Below, piece by piece: positions 35,701 through 44,507 of a stretch of 59,835 bases of DNA. The DNA is from a virus (Duplodnaviria; Caudoviricetes): positions 1 to 59,835 of the IMG/VR virus record IMGVR_UViG_3300027754_000101. One strand, 5' to 3'. Under the pieces are notes generated by a model. That model was not told where the DNA came from and made no database searches. It saw nothing but the letters and a program-made list of their open reading frames with translations. Position numbers and translations under genes: made by a program. Numbering within the stretch: the first letter of the stretch is position 1; each line of letters begins with the position of its first letter.

Positions 35701-37347
35701 AATGGTGGATTTGGTTATAGAATTGGCGATGTTTTGGGAATAGGAACAATGGGAAACATTCCTATTGGAAGAAATGCTAGATTATCTGTAGTTTCTATAG
35801 GAAACACTAATGAATTAATTTTAAGTGATGTTCAGGGAGAATTTATTGTTTCTGGAGTTGGAAACACAGTTAGATACAATAATAATTCTGGAGATAATGT
35901 TGGATTAAATTCAATGTCTGGAGGAAATGTTCAGATTAGCAATATTCAAGTGGTAAATGACGGTCTTCATATTTTGGTGAATCATGTAAATCATGGAATG
36001 CATTTTGCAGACAATTATGTTACTTTATCAAATATTCAGTCTGATGTTTTACCAACAAAACTTTCTTTAGCATACACTTCAGATTCAACTTCAGCACTTT
36101 CTGTTGAAAATGCATCTTCATTTTCAACTTTTGAAAATGTTGGAGTGGGAACAACAAATCCAGGTTACCTGTTAATTCAAGATGAAATAATATCATATAC
36201 TCAAGTTTCTGGAAATACTATTGGTGGAACTATCACCAGAATTTTCTCACCAACAACAAACGTTCCTGGGGAAATAAGCATAGCTTTGTTTAAAAGAGAT
36301 TACCCAGCAGGAACATTAGTTTATAAGTACGAATTGGGTGGTGTTTCTTTGAGAAGAATTAATAAAACACACAATTTACAAGATTCTACAATTTCAGATT
36401 CAATATCATTCGATTCTTATAATATAAAAGTAAATACTGCATTAGATGGAATTGATAGAAGCAGTGATTCTGGTTATCCAAAACTTTACATGAATAAAAC
36501 AAGATTTGCTGGGGGTAATAACATTAAAGCAACACAAAATATTCCATTTGAAATTATTTCACCCATGATTCAAAATACCACTGTTTCTGGAACCAAACTT
36601 GACGGAAAAATCAGAACTATCACTGGGCAGAGTATTAGTGGATCTGAAATTCCATATCAAAATAGCGGATTCGAAAATATTTCAATAAACAAATCAAACT
36701 ATCTAAGTAGTACAAGATTAATATGTTCTAATGTAAATGAAACAAATAATCTTATAGGATTAAACTTACCTGGAAATAAATCATTCAATATTCAATTGGA
36801 TTTGGAAACGGTTGACACTAGAGTTTCACCAGTTATCGATAGTCAAAGAATTAATGCTATATTTGTTTCAAATAGAGTTAATAGTGTTATCACAGATTAT
36901 GCTGAAGATAACAGAGTAAATGACCCATTAACAGACCCTACATCTTTTCAATATATCACTAAAGAAATATCAGTAGAAAATCCTGCAACATCTTTAAAAG
37001 TTATATTATCTGCATATATCAATGAATATTCAGATATAAGAGTATTTTATGCAATAGGAGATAAATCAGGATTGAAACCTATATTTGTACCTTTTCCAGG
37101 ATATTTAAATTTGGATTATAGAGGTAGAGTTATTGATTCGACAAATAATGATGGAACATCTGATTCTTTAGTTTCAAGGTCTCAATCTCTTCAATTTGAA
37201 TCATCTTTAATTGATTTTAAAGAGTATACTTTTACTGCAGATGAATTACCATCATTTAAATTTTATAGAATTAAATTCTTAGCAACTTCAACAAATCAAA
37301 CTTATCCACCAAGAGTAAAAGAGTTCAGAACAATTTCTTTAGCATAA
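29797..37347 (+). CDS. Large virion structural protein (VrlC/DUF4815-like)
   Basis: NLNVSPYFDD, VLFKPGYPVQARELT, RIKNLEYYTSLSLLE, GFFVDNF and DPLAQSF motifs. Confidence 0.85.
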   Translation: MSQVTNLNVSPYFDDYNSPEVGAKDKDYYQVLFKPGYPVQARELTTLQSILQNQIEKFGQHFFKEGAKVIPGNTGYNVFYYAVQLQNTYIGVPIDVYVNSLIGKKITGLTSGVSAVVDRILLSKDSEKRNTTLYIQYLNSNPDNNTLEDFSSGELLICSENINTEQLGTTIIPAGEPFASTIQTNPNSVGSAFSITNGVYFIRGRFINVDSEVLLLDQYSNIPSYRVGLIITEKIVNSDIDESLNDNSRGFNNYSAPGSDRLKITLRLGKKSLDNFDDNDFVELATVQNGILRSKKTNTEYNLIADEFARRTFSESGDYTIKPFDISIKESLNNREGNGGIFFEDRLTNGGSVPNKDLALYQISPGKAFVRGYEVEIISSNFLDIPKPRTSTTVDNQAISFNTGSTFTLNRVYGTPLTGIGNTYVLSLRDERVGTFSTIASGKEIGVARVYDFYLESGSYDVANSNLNRWSISLYDIQTVSEITLNQPITLSVPTFIKGKRSGATAFLKDAIDNKSTFSIYQQNGNFVSNESFIINGIDNTRVSIAVTSYGISDVKSVYGIVGSAKTFTSDILQSNLFQVGSANISPIHSGISTVTTTNVNFPNNDLKINSLVQYSDPNHLDPIFAKIVGISTSSVTIVGVATVTGICTGKLPTNNLSVSDFKVLTTRLNFSSDNTFFTRLSKSNVSNVDLKNSTLTIRKTYSNVDIQNGKLSSTVSAGINETFLPFDEERYTLVRSDGSYEILTSDKFEFTLGSQSLMIYGLGSNDVGCTLHTTLRKISPTNKIKIKKRINTLIVDKSSKPSSGIGSTTLNDGLIYGNYPYGTRIQDELISLNVPDVIKIFGIFESIDNNTPSAPKMTLSSIISPTSKTSDLIIGEKIIGRNSGAVGLIAERLTDSQITFIPISSSNFSEGEVIKCQESNIDAIITSLSSSSLDISSKFTFSSGQNNYFYDIGTLSRKSKISAPLRKIKVYFLNGYYDSSDNGDITTINSYNSFDYSTEVQRVSGLRNTDIIDIRPAVSNYSVLENSRSPFEFYGRTFNSSGSSATNILASDEPISISFSHYLGRTDRIFVSSDGKLQVSYGVPSEKFEPPISIEGALEIGSIKLPPYLYNVGDASIKFLENKGYTMSDIRRLENRIKNLEYYTSLSLLETNTANLFIPDSNGLNKFKSGFFVDNFKTLFSQEESFEIKNSIDVKNSEIRPRHYTTSLDLITGPVVNADSNRDLAFIQPEGINIKKTGDIITLNYTEVEWLKQTFATRTESITPYIISFWQATLELTPPSDTWVDTVLLQPKIINQEGNYAETVATAVINLGFNPNTGFAPVAWNSWETNWIGEEKITNTTQRNEASRRHIGSSETWRDGGGWTWRNDTFQTTVTTTEDTTQETITTGQESRGGSQTFISEQFDVTAQGEKLLSRDLVAFMRSRNVQLVCKRLKPLTRLYAFFDNIEVTQYCVPKLLNISMKSGVFIVGETVIGTLDTSGVNRSTPGTTPRITFRVASSKHKEGPYNAPTSQFTQNPYSSRVIPPSYSSTSEILNIDTFSLSDKVQGEYGGWVSSGMIFVGQTSGAVATLNDFKLISSISSDWIGSFFIPDPNVSTNPRFETGTKVLTLINNERNDQNKATTIGEESYSSSGILETFQEDIISVRNARIENKQLFEQRAIFSTTGPQLIKSIITGQTTRSESQDVFVDPLAQSFLVEEPNGIFITSCEVYFQSKDDAEIPCIFQLRTMQTGVPTQKILPFSEVVLSPDEVNVSNDGSVPTKFTFKSPVYLEGGGTSYAMCLLSLSTKYQVYISRVGEEDIQTQTFISNQPYLGSLFKSQNGSTWDASQWEDLKFNLYRAEFATKGNVQFYNPILSEGNSQVANLLSDPLSLNSREIRIGLSTSITDSGLKLGNTIVQQGTNATGNYVGSAGSATGSLTITNSGIGYTPSSGGKTFNGINLVTISGSGRNATANITISNGVSVAATISNGGFGYRIGDVLGIGTMGNIPIGRNARLSVVSIGNTNELILSDVQGEFIVSGVGNTVRYNNNSGDNVGLNSMSGGNVQISNIQVVNDGLHILVNHVNHGMHFADNYVTLSNIQSDVLPTKLSLAYTSDSTSALSVENASSFSTFENVGVGTTNPGYLLIQDEIISYTQVSGNTIGGTITRIFSPTTNVPGEISIALFKRDYPAGTLVYKYELGGVSLRRINKTHNLQDSTISDSISFDSYNIKVNTALDGIDRSSDSGYPKLYMNKTRFAGGNNIKATQNIPFEIISPMIQNTTVSGTKLDGKIRTITGQSISGSEIPYQNSGFENISINKSNYLSSTRLICSNVNETNNLIGLNLPGNKSFNIQLDLETVDTRVSPVIDSQRINAIFVSNRVNSVITDYAEDNRVNDPLTDPTSFQYITKEISVENPATSLKVILSAYINEYSDIRVFYAIGDKSGLKPIFVPFPGYLNLDYRGRVIDSTNNDGTSDSLVSRSQSLQFESSLIDFKEYTFTADELPSFKFYRIKFLATSTNQTYPPRVKEFRTISLA

Positions 37348-37351
37348 TGAA

Positions 37352-37576
37352 ATGAAAGAATATTTAAAAGTTACTGGTCATAATAATTTTATTAGAGATC
37401 CAAAAACAAATTCAATTATAAACACAAATATGTCAAATTATAATGAATATCTTATTGTAAAGGATATCAAATTAAAAGAAGATAAAAAAGTGCAAACTAT
37501 AGAAGAAGAAGTTTATAATATTAAAAATGATATTAGTGAAATTAAATCACTTTTAAAAGAACTCTTAAAGAAATAA
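37352..37576 (+). CDS. Small coiled-coil hypothetical protein
   Basis: RDPKTNSIIN...DISEIKSLL; lies just before gp13. Confidence 0.8.
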   Translation: MKEYLKVTGHNNFIRDPKTNSIINTNMSNYNEYLIVKDIKLKEDKKVQTIEEEVYNIKNDISEIKSLLKELLKK

Positions 37577-37615
37577 TCTTTACTAAATCATAAATATTTT
37601 AAAGGAAGCAAATAA

Positions 37616-38461
37616 ATGGCACAACCAACTACTCGACAAGAACTTATAGATTATTGTAAAAGAAAGTTGGGAGCACCAGTGCTTGAAATTAATGTTGCAG
37701 ATGAACAAATTGATGATTTGGTAGATGATGCAATACAACTATTTCAAGAACGTCATTTTGATGGAGTTTACCCTACCTTTTACAAATATCAAATAACTCA
37801 GAATGATATAAACAGAGGTAGGTCACCTGGAAATAATTCTGTTGTTGGACTTGTAACTACCACAGTAACAACAAATATTGTGGGTACTGCAACGACTTTT
37901 AGATATACGGAAAATAGTAATTATTTACAAGTACCACCAAATATAATTGGAGTAAATAAAATATTTCAATTTGATGGTAATAATGCCATTACCAATAATA
38001 TGTTCAGTATAAAATATCAATTATTTCTAAATGATGTATATTCTTTTGGAGCTCTTGAGATATTAAGTTATGCAATGGTCAAAACATATCTGGAAGATTT
38101 GGATTTTTTATTGAACACTCAAAAACAAATAAGATTTAATAAAAGACAAGATAGATTATATTTAGATATTGATTGGAGTAGTATTTCTGTAGGAACTTAC
38201 ATTATTATTGATTGTTATTCAACTTTAGACCCAAATGATTATGTAAGAATTTATAATGATTCCTTTTTAAAACCATACTTAACATCATTAATCAAACGTC
38301 AATGGGGTCAAAATTTAATTAAATTTCAAGGAGTGAAACTCCCTGGTGGAATAGAACTAAATGGAAGACAAATATATGATGATGGTCAAAAAGAAATTGA
38401 TGCATTAATGGAAAAAATGTCAAATACTTATGAACTTCCTCCTTTTGATCTTATAGGATAA
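37616..38461 (+). CDS. gp13: Neck protein gp13
   Basis: LGAPVLEINVADEQIDD, QWGQNLIKF, LPGGIELNG. Confidence 0.93.
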   Translation: MAQPTTRQELIDYCKRKLGAPVLEINVADEQIDDLVDDAIQLFQERHFDGVYPTFYKYQITQNDINRGRSPGNNSVVGLVTTTVTTNIVGTATTFRYTENSNYLQVPPNIIGVNKIFQFDGNNAITNNMFSIKYQLFLNDVYSFGALEILSYAMVKTYLEDLDFLLNTQKQIRFNKRQDRLYLDIDWSSISVGTYIIIDCYSTLDPNDYVRIYNDSFLKPYLTSLIKRQWGQNLIKFQGVKLPGGIELNGRQIYDDGQKEIDALMEKMSNTYELPPFDLIG

Positions 38462-39903
38462 TGTTAAATCCATTTTTTCTTCAGGGGTCAAATAGTGAAC
38501 AAAATCTTGTTCAAGATTTAATTAATGAACAGTTGAGAATGTATGGTGTTGAAGTTTACTATTTACCAAGAAGGTATGTCACAGAAAAAACTATTATAAG
38601 AGAAGTAATTGAATCACAATTTGTTGATGCATATCCATTAGAAGCATACATTGAAAATTATGAGGGATATGAAGGTAATACAACTATATTATCAAAATTT
38701 GGAATTCAATCATCACAGGAAATAAGTTTAATCATATCTCAAGAAAGATTTGAAACTTATATTACACCTCTAATCAAAAATAAATCAAACATAAAATTAT
38801 CAACAAGACCAAAAGAAGGTGATTTAATATATTTTCCTTTAGGGGATAGATTATTTGAAATAAAGTTTGTAGAGCACGAAAAACCTTTTTATCAACTTCA
38901 AAAAAATTATGTATACTTATTAAAATGTGAATTGTTTAGGTATGAGGATGAAGTTATTGATACTAATATTGATGAAATTGATAATATTTTAATTGGTGAA
39001 GATGGTGGAACTTCAGAGGATGGAATTGATACTATTTTAGGACAAACTCAAACTCTCACTTTAGTTGGAGTTGGAATAACAGCAACAGCTATTGTTGGTA
39101 TAGTAACTTTTGGTGGAATTAGATTTATTACTGTTACAAATAGAGGTGGTGGTTATACATCAACACCAATTGTTGGAATATCTTCTGCACCATCAGGTGG
39201 AAAAACTGGGATTGCCACTGCTACTATGATAGGTGGTATTGTAGTTTGTAATGATAATGTAAACACAAATGCTCAATCTGTACAAAGTGTCCAAATTATA
39301 AATCCTGGTTTAGGGTATACTAGTGTTCCTGGAGTTAGATTTATAGGTGGTGGAGGGTCTGGGGCAGCAGCAACTGCCACAATTGGTAATAACATTATTG
39401 GTATTGTGACAGTTACAAGTGGTGGTTCTGGTTACTCAACATCACCTACAATAACATTTACAAATCAAATATTTAATATTGGAGTTTCTACTGTTTCTGC
39501 TGCTGCGACTGCAATAGTAAGTGCAGCAGGAACTATTACTGCAATTAGAATTACAAATGCAGGTTTGGGGTATAGTGTTGCACCATCAATATCAATTAGT
39601 CAACCATCAATGACATCATCTGGAACTTTCATATTTAATGAAACAGTAACAGGTTCTTCGAGTGGAACTACTGCAAAAGTAAGAACTTGGAGTTCTATAT
39701 CAAATGTTTTAGAAGTTTCTAATGTTTCTGGTGCATTTGTAATTGGAGAAAATATTGTTGGAACAGCATCAAGTGCATCTCATCAATTAAGGAATATTGA
39801 TTTAAATTCAAATAATGATGGGTTTGCAGATAATTCTTCAATTGAAACAGAAGCAGATTCAATCATTGATTTTAGTGAAAAAAATCCATTTGGTACCCCA
39901 TGA
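38461..39903 (+). CDS. gp14: Neck protein gp14 with a Gly/Thr-rich insertion
   Basis: YGVEVYYLPR, RPKEGDLIYFP, PFYQL, DFSEKNPFG. Confidence 0.92.
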   Translation: MLNPFFLQGSNSEQNLVQDLINEQLRMYGVEVYYLPRRYVTEKTIIREVIESQFVDAYPLEAYIENYEGYEGNTTILSKFGIQSSQEISLIISQERFETYITPLIKNKSNIKLSTRPKEGDLIYFPLGDRLFEIKFVEHEKPFYQLQKNYVYLLKCELFRYEDEVIDTNIDEIDNILIGEDGGTSEDGIDTILGQTQTLTLVGVGITATAIVGIVTFGGIRFITVTNRGGGYTSTPIVGISSAPSGGKTGIATATMIGGIVVCNDNVNTNAQSVQSVQIINPGLGYTSVPGVRFIGGGGSGAAATATIGNNIIGIVTVTSGGSGYSTSPTITFTNQIFNIGVSTVSAAATAIVSAAGTITAIRITNAGLGYSVAPSISISQPSMTSSGTFIFNETVTGSSSGTTAKVRTWSSISNVLEVSNVSGAFVIGENIVGTASSASHQLRNIDLNSNNDGFADNSSIETEADSIIDFSEKNPFGTP

Positions 39904-39956
39904 ATAATATTTGCAATAATTATAATGGTTAAATAGTAGTATAATAGGTACTTATT

Positions 39957-40958
39957 ATGTTTGAATATTTTTACAACGAAATTTTAAGAAAAACTATCGT
40001 ATCTTTTGGGACTCTGTTTAACAATATCTCTATTAAACATACAAACTCTTCAGATGATGTAGTTAGTGTTATAAAAGTTCCATTTGCATATGGACCTACA
40101 CAAAAGTTTCTTGCAAGATTAAATCAGTCACCAGATTTGAATAAATCTACGGCTATTACTCTACCTAGAATGTCTTTTGAATTTACTGGTTTAACTTATG
40201 ATCCATCTAGAAAATTAACTACGACTCAAACATTTATTGCAAAAGACCCAGATACTGGTATTGAAACAAAAAAAATGTATATGCCAGTTCCATATAATAT
40301 GCAATTTGAATTGTCAATTATGTCAAAACTAAATGATGATGCATTACAAATTGTTGAACAAATTTTACCTTATTTTCAACCAGCATATAACTTAACAGTT
40401 TCTTTAGTAGAGTCTATTCAAGAAAAAAGAGATATACCTATTATTTTAGAAAATGTGACCATGCAAGATGATTATGAAGGTGATTTTTCTACAAGAAGAG
40501 TTTTATTATATACTTTGAGATTTACAGCAAAAACTTATCTGTTTGGACCTGTTTCTAGTGTAAGTAAAGATATTATTAAATCCTCAAAAATCAGTTATCT
40601 TGCAGGTACAGATACTAATAATGCCACAAGAGAAGTTGTGTATACTGCAACACCAAGAGCAATAAAAAATTACACAGGTATTGTTCTTACGACAGTAGCA
40701 AAAGATTTTTCAGTATCAGAAATATTAATAAATGTTGAAAGTGCAAGTGGAATTACAGTTGGAACATATTTAGAAATTGAAGGTGAAGAATTATTTGTAA
40801 AATCTAAAATTGGTAATGTATTAACTGTAGAAAGAGGAAGAGATGGTACTACAATTACATCACATTTAAGAGGAGAAAAAATTAAATCAATTACACAATC
40901 TGATAATTTACTAATAGAAGATGGTGATAATTTTGGATTTAATGGTTCTACACAATAG
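39957..40958 (+). CDS. gp15: Tail sheath stabiliser/terminator gp15
   Basis: FGTLFNNI, LPRMSFE, QIVEQILPYFQP. Confidence 0.93.
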   Translation: MFEYFYNEILRKTIVSFGTLFNNISIKHTNSSDDVVSVIKVPFAYGPTQKFLARLNQSPDLNKSTAITLPRMSFEFTGLTYDPSRKLTTTQTFIAKDPDTGIETKKMYMPVPYNMQFELSIMSKLNDDALQIVEQILPYFQPAYNLTVSLVESIQEKRDIPIILENVTMQDDYEGDFSTRRVLLYTLRFTAKTYLFGPVSSVSKDIIKSSKISYLAGTDTNNATREVVYTATPRAIKNYTGIVLTTVAKDFSVSEILINVESASGITVGTYLEIEGEELFVKSKIGNVLTVERGRDGTTITSHLRGEKIKSITQSDNLLIEDGDNFGFNGSTQ

Positions 40959-40961
40959 AAA

Positions 40962-41396
40962 ATGACAAAAAAATTCGATAGTTTAAACGATGCATTTGAT
41001 ATTGCTGGAGAAGTAGTATCAAAACAAATTGAAACAAATGAAGAAAAAATTGAAAAAATATCCTCTTCAGTTGATGATATAAAAAAAGATTATGAATATA
41101 CTAGAGGAAACTTGTATTCTTTAATTGAAAAAGGACAAGAAGCAATTAATGGTATTCTTGAACTTGCTCAAGAAAGTGAAATGCCAAGAGCATATGAAGT
41201 TGCTGGGCAACTCATTAAAAATGTTGCCGATGCAACTGATAAACTAATGGAACTTCAAAAGAAACTAAAAGATATTGATGAAGGAAAACCAAAGGGACCA
41301 ACAAATGTGACAAATGCACTTTTTATTGGTTCAACAGCAGAACTTTCTAAAATACTTAAACAGCAATACAAAAATGAAGACATTCAAACAGTTTAG
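40962..41396 (+). CDS. gp16: Terminase small subunit gp16
   Basis: DYEYTRGNL, PRAYEVAGQLIK, NALFIGSTAEL. Confidence 0.93.
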   Translation: MTKKFDSLNDAFDIAGEVVSKQIETNEEKIEKISSSVDDIKKDYEYTRGNLYSLIEKGQEAINGILELAQESEMPRAYEVAGQLIKNVADATDKLMELQKKLKDIDEGKPKGPTNVTNALFIGSTAELSKILKQQYKNEDIQTV

Positions 41397-41526
41397 AGAA
41401 GAGTGGACTAATAAATATAAAAAAGATATTGATTGCTCAAATCCAAAAGGATTTTCTCAACGTGCTCATTGCGCAGGGAGAAAAAAAAGAGCAAGAGGTG
41501 AAGAAACTAAATCTAAATCAATTTAA
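41374..41526 (+). CDS. Small putative internal head protein (50 aa)
   Basis: Starts MKTFKQFREE, similar to the T4 internal-protein capsid targeting sequence. Confidence 0.65.
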   Translation: MKTFKQFREEWTNKYKKDIDCSNPKGFSQRAHCAGRKKRARGEETKSKSI

Positions 41527-43592
41527 TGAAATTTTCAAAATTCTCTCATAAAACTCCACATCTAAAAGGAAAACAACATCAGTTGGATCCTAATTTAGAT
41601 TTGAAACAGTTGGTTCACCATGCAACAGTTCAATATGTTGATCGTGATGTTGATGGGGATGTTGATGTTTATGATAACCCAAAGAAAAAAACACCAGATG
41701 AAAATCCAGTTGGAGTTGATTTTGACAATCTTTCAAAAAAATTAATTGCAAAACAAAAAGGTGAAATTAAACATACCAAAAGAGGTATGGCATATGAAGA
41801 TACTGTGAATGAAGAACCTAGAATTGCAAGAAAACCTGGGCAACCAACAAATTCTAAAAAACACTCTGACCTTTATACCGATGAAAATCCTAAAGGTACT
41901 ATTGGTGGATTAGGATTTAAAGATGTTGTAACAGCAAAACAATCAGTTTCTAAAATTAAAGACTCTGGAAAAACCCATGCACATAAAATCCAGGCAGCAA
42001 TTGCTATGGAACAAAGAGCAAAAGTAATGGGTAAAAGTTCAGAAGCAGCAGTTTTTAGAAGTTTTATTAATTCCATGAAAGAAAAAACAAAGGAAATGAA
42101 CGAAGAAGGTCTTCGTGATTGGTTTGGTAAATCTAAATCAAAGGATGGAAAACCTGGTTGGGTACAATCAGATGGATCTCCGTGTGCTAATGATCCTGGA
42201 GAAACCAAAACTCCTAAGTGTTTCTCACGAGATAAATTAGCAAGTATGAGTAAAGGTGAAGTAGCATCTGCAGTAAGAAGAAAAAGAGAAAAAGATCCAG
42301 GGCAGCAATCAAAATCAGGTTCTGCAGCACCAACTTATGTTTCCACCGATTCCCCCACAAAAAAAATGAAAGAAGAATTTTTTAAAGAAAATCATAAAGC
42401 AATTGCTGCTGGAAAAGAAAAAGATGAAGAAGGGTATATGGCAAGCACCGAGATGGATACAATTGATAGTGCTGTTAAAAAATTAAGAAAAATCATCAAT
42501 AAAGGTGACTCACAATTACCTGCCTGGGTTCAATCTAAAATTACCAAAGCAGCAGATTATATTGATACTGCAGCAGACTATTTGGATAGTAATGAAATGT
42601 CTGAAGAATCTGACAAAAAAACTAAAGGTAGTGGGACTAAAGATGCTTGTTATACTAAAGTAAAATCAAGATATTCAGTTTGGCCTTCAGCATATGCATC
42701 AGGAGCACTTGTAAAATGTCGTAAAGTTGGTGCTGCTAATTGGGGAAATAAATCAGAAGAATTAGAAATATCTTTAGTTGAAAAAATACTTGGTGAAGAA
42801 AAGTGTGGTAAAGGAATGTATTGGTGCAATACAAATAAAGAATGTAAACCTCTACCAAAAGGGTTTGATGTCCCTGGACAAAAAATCAAACCAACTGAGG
42901 TTGGTATTGGGAAACCAGTAGAAGGGTCTTGTAGTAAAACAAAAAAAGGAAAAGATTGTCCAGTACACGGAATGGATGAGTGTCCAATGAGTGTTGATGA
43001 GGCATGTTGGACTGGATATAAGAAAAAAGGTATGAAAACTATGTTTGGTAAAAAATATCCAAACTGTGTAAAAGTTGAAAATGTTGAAATTGAAGAGTCA
43101 GTTCGCATTCCAGCAAAAACAGGTAATATTATTTCGGTGATGTTTAATTGGAGAGGTAAAACTTATGGAACAAAAATATTTTTCCCACAGATAAGTATCC
43201 CAACTAGAAAGGATGTTGAGTATGAAATTCAAAAAATTTACCCTGATTGTAGAATTTTGACTTTCAAAGTTTCTGAATTTGTTCCTGGGCAACCATTAAT
43301 TTATGTTAACAAATCTATGAATGAAGAAATTGAAATAGAAGAGGGTGCTGCTTGGACTAAAAAGTCTGGTAAAAATTCTGAAGGTGGTTTAAATGAGAAG
43401 GGTCGTAAATCTTACGAAGCAGATAATCCTGGTAGTGACCTCAAAGCACCTTCAACGAAAGTTGGAAATCCCCGCAGAAAGAGTTTCTGTGCTCGTATGA
43501 AAGGTATGAAGTCAAAACTTACAAGTCCAAAAACAGCAAGAGATCCAGACAGTAGGATTAATAAATCATTGAGAGCTTGGAATTGTAACTAA
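41526..43592 (+). CDS. Modular Lys/Cys-rich protein (688 aa), putative internal head polyprotein
   Basis: Short basic modules separated by x-x-EE linkers; lies between gp16 and gp17. Confidence 0.65.
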   Translation: MKFSKFSHKTPHLKGKQHQLDPNLDLKQLVHHATVQYVDRDVDGDVDVYDNPKKKTPDENPVGVDFDNLSKKLIAKQKGEIKHTKRGMAYEDTVNEEPRIARKPGQPTNSKKHSDLYTDENPKGTIGGLGFKDVVTAKQSVSKIKDSGKTHAHKIQAAIAMEQRAKVMGKSSEAAVFRSFINSMKEKTKEMNEEGLRDWFGKSKSKDGKPGWVQSDGSPCANDPGETKTPKCFSRDKLASMSKGEVASAVRRKREKDPGQQSKSGSAAPTYVSTDSPTKKMKEEFFKENHKAIAAGKEKDEEGYMASTEMDTIDSAVKKLRKIINKGDSQLPAWVQSKITKAADYIDTAADYLDSNEMSEESDKKTKGSGTKDACYTKVKSRYSVWPSAYASGALVKCRKVGAANWGNKSEELEISLVEKILGEEKCGKGMYWCNTNKECKPLPKGFDVPGQKIKPTEVGIGKPVEGSCSKTKKGKDCPVHGMDECPMSVDEACWTGYKKKGMKTMFGKKYPNCVKVENVEIEESVRIPAKTGNIISVMFNWRGKTYGTKIFFPQISIPTRKDVEYEIQKIYPDCRILTFKVSEFVPGQPLIYVNKSMNEEIEIEEGAAWTKKSGKNSEGGLNEKGRKSYEADNPGSDLKAPSTKVGNPRRKSFCARMKGMKSKLTSPKTARDPDSRINKSLRAWNCN

Positions 43593-44479
43593 TGCCACCC
43601 ACTAATGATGTTTATCTTGGTAACCCTTTATTAAAAAAAGCAAATACCCCAATTGAATTTACTCAAGAACAAATTATTGAATTTGTTAGGTCTAAAGAAG
43701 ATCCTGTATATTTTGCAAAAAATTATGTAAAAATTGTTACATTGGATCATGGATTACAACCATTCAAGATGTATCCGTTTCAAGAAAAACTTGTAAATAA
43801 ATTTCACGAGAATAGATTTAATATATGTAAGATGCCTCGTCAAACAGGTAAAAGCACTACGGTTGTTTCATACCTTCTTCATTATGCTGTCTTTAATGAT
43901 AATGTAAATATTGGTATATTAGCAAACAAGGCAGCAACCGCAAGAGAACTTTTAGATCGTCTCCAAACCGCATATGAAAATCTACCAAAATGGATGCAGC
44001 AAGGTATTATCTCTTGGAACAAAGGTTCTTTGGAACTTGAGAACGGAAGTAAAATCTTGGCTGCTTCTACTTCTGCTTCTGCGGTTCGTGGTATGTCATT
44101 CAATATTCTATTTTTGGACGAATTTGCATTCGTTCCAAATCACATCGCAGAATCTTTCTTTGCATCAGTATATCCAACAATTACTTCAGGTAAAAATACA
44201 AAAGTAATCATTGTATCTACACCTCATGGTATGAATCATTTCTACCGTATGTGGCATGATGCTGAGAAAGGAAAAAATGAATATATTTTTACTGATGTTC
44301 ATTGGAGTGAAGTTCCAGGAAGAGATTTAGAATGGAAAGCACAGACAATAGCAAATACAAGTGAACAGCAATTCAAAGTTGAATTTGAGTGTTTGAGTGG
44401 GGATACTCAAATAGAGATTAAAAATGTAAATGATAAAATAGAAAGTGTATCTATGGAAGAACTCTATGAACGAATGTAA
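43592..44479 (+). CDS. gp17: Terminase large subunit, N-terminal half fused to split-intein IntN
   Basis: Walker A PRQTGKST and Walker B FLDEFAF; ends FKVEFE|CLSGDTQIEI...LYERM*. Confidence 0.95.
   Translation: MPPTNDVYLGNPLLKKANTPIEFTQEQIIEFVRSKEDPVYFAKNYVKIVTLDHGLQPFKMYPFQEKLVNKFHENRFNICKMPRQTGKSTTVVSYLLHYAVFNDNVNIGILANKAATARELLDRLQTAYENLPKWMQQGIISWNKGSLELENGSKILAASTSASAVRGMSFNILFLDEFAFVPNHIAESFFASVYPTITSGKNTKVIIVSTPHGMNHFYRMWHDAEKGKNEYIFTDVHWSEVPGRDLEWKAQTIANTSEQQFKVEFECLSGDTQIEIKNVNDKIESVSMEELYERM
44390..44476 (+). mobile_element. Atypically short split-intein N fragment (29 aa)
   Basis: Block A CLSGDT-x-I-x-I followed by an early stop. Confidence 0.92.
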
Positions 44480-44490
44480 GTTTATAGGAT

Positions 44491-44498
44491 TATAAATA
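44491..44498 (+). promoter_or_regulatory. T4-type late promoter
   Basis: TATAAATA just upstream of the GIY-YIG gene. Confidence 0.75.
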
Positions 44499-44507
44499 AA
44501 AATAAAA

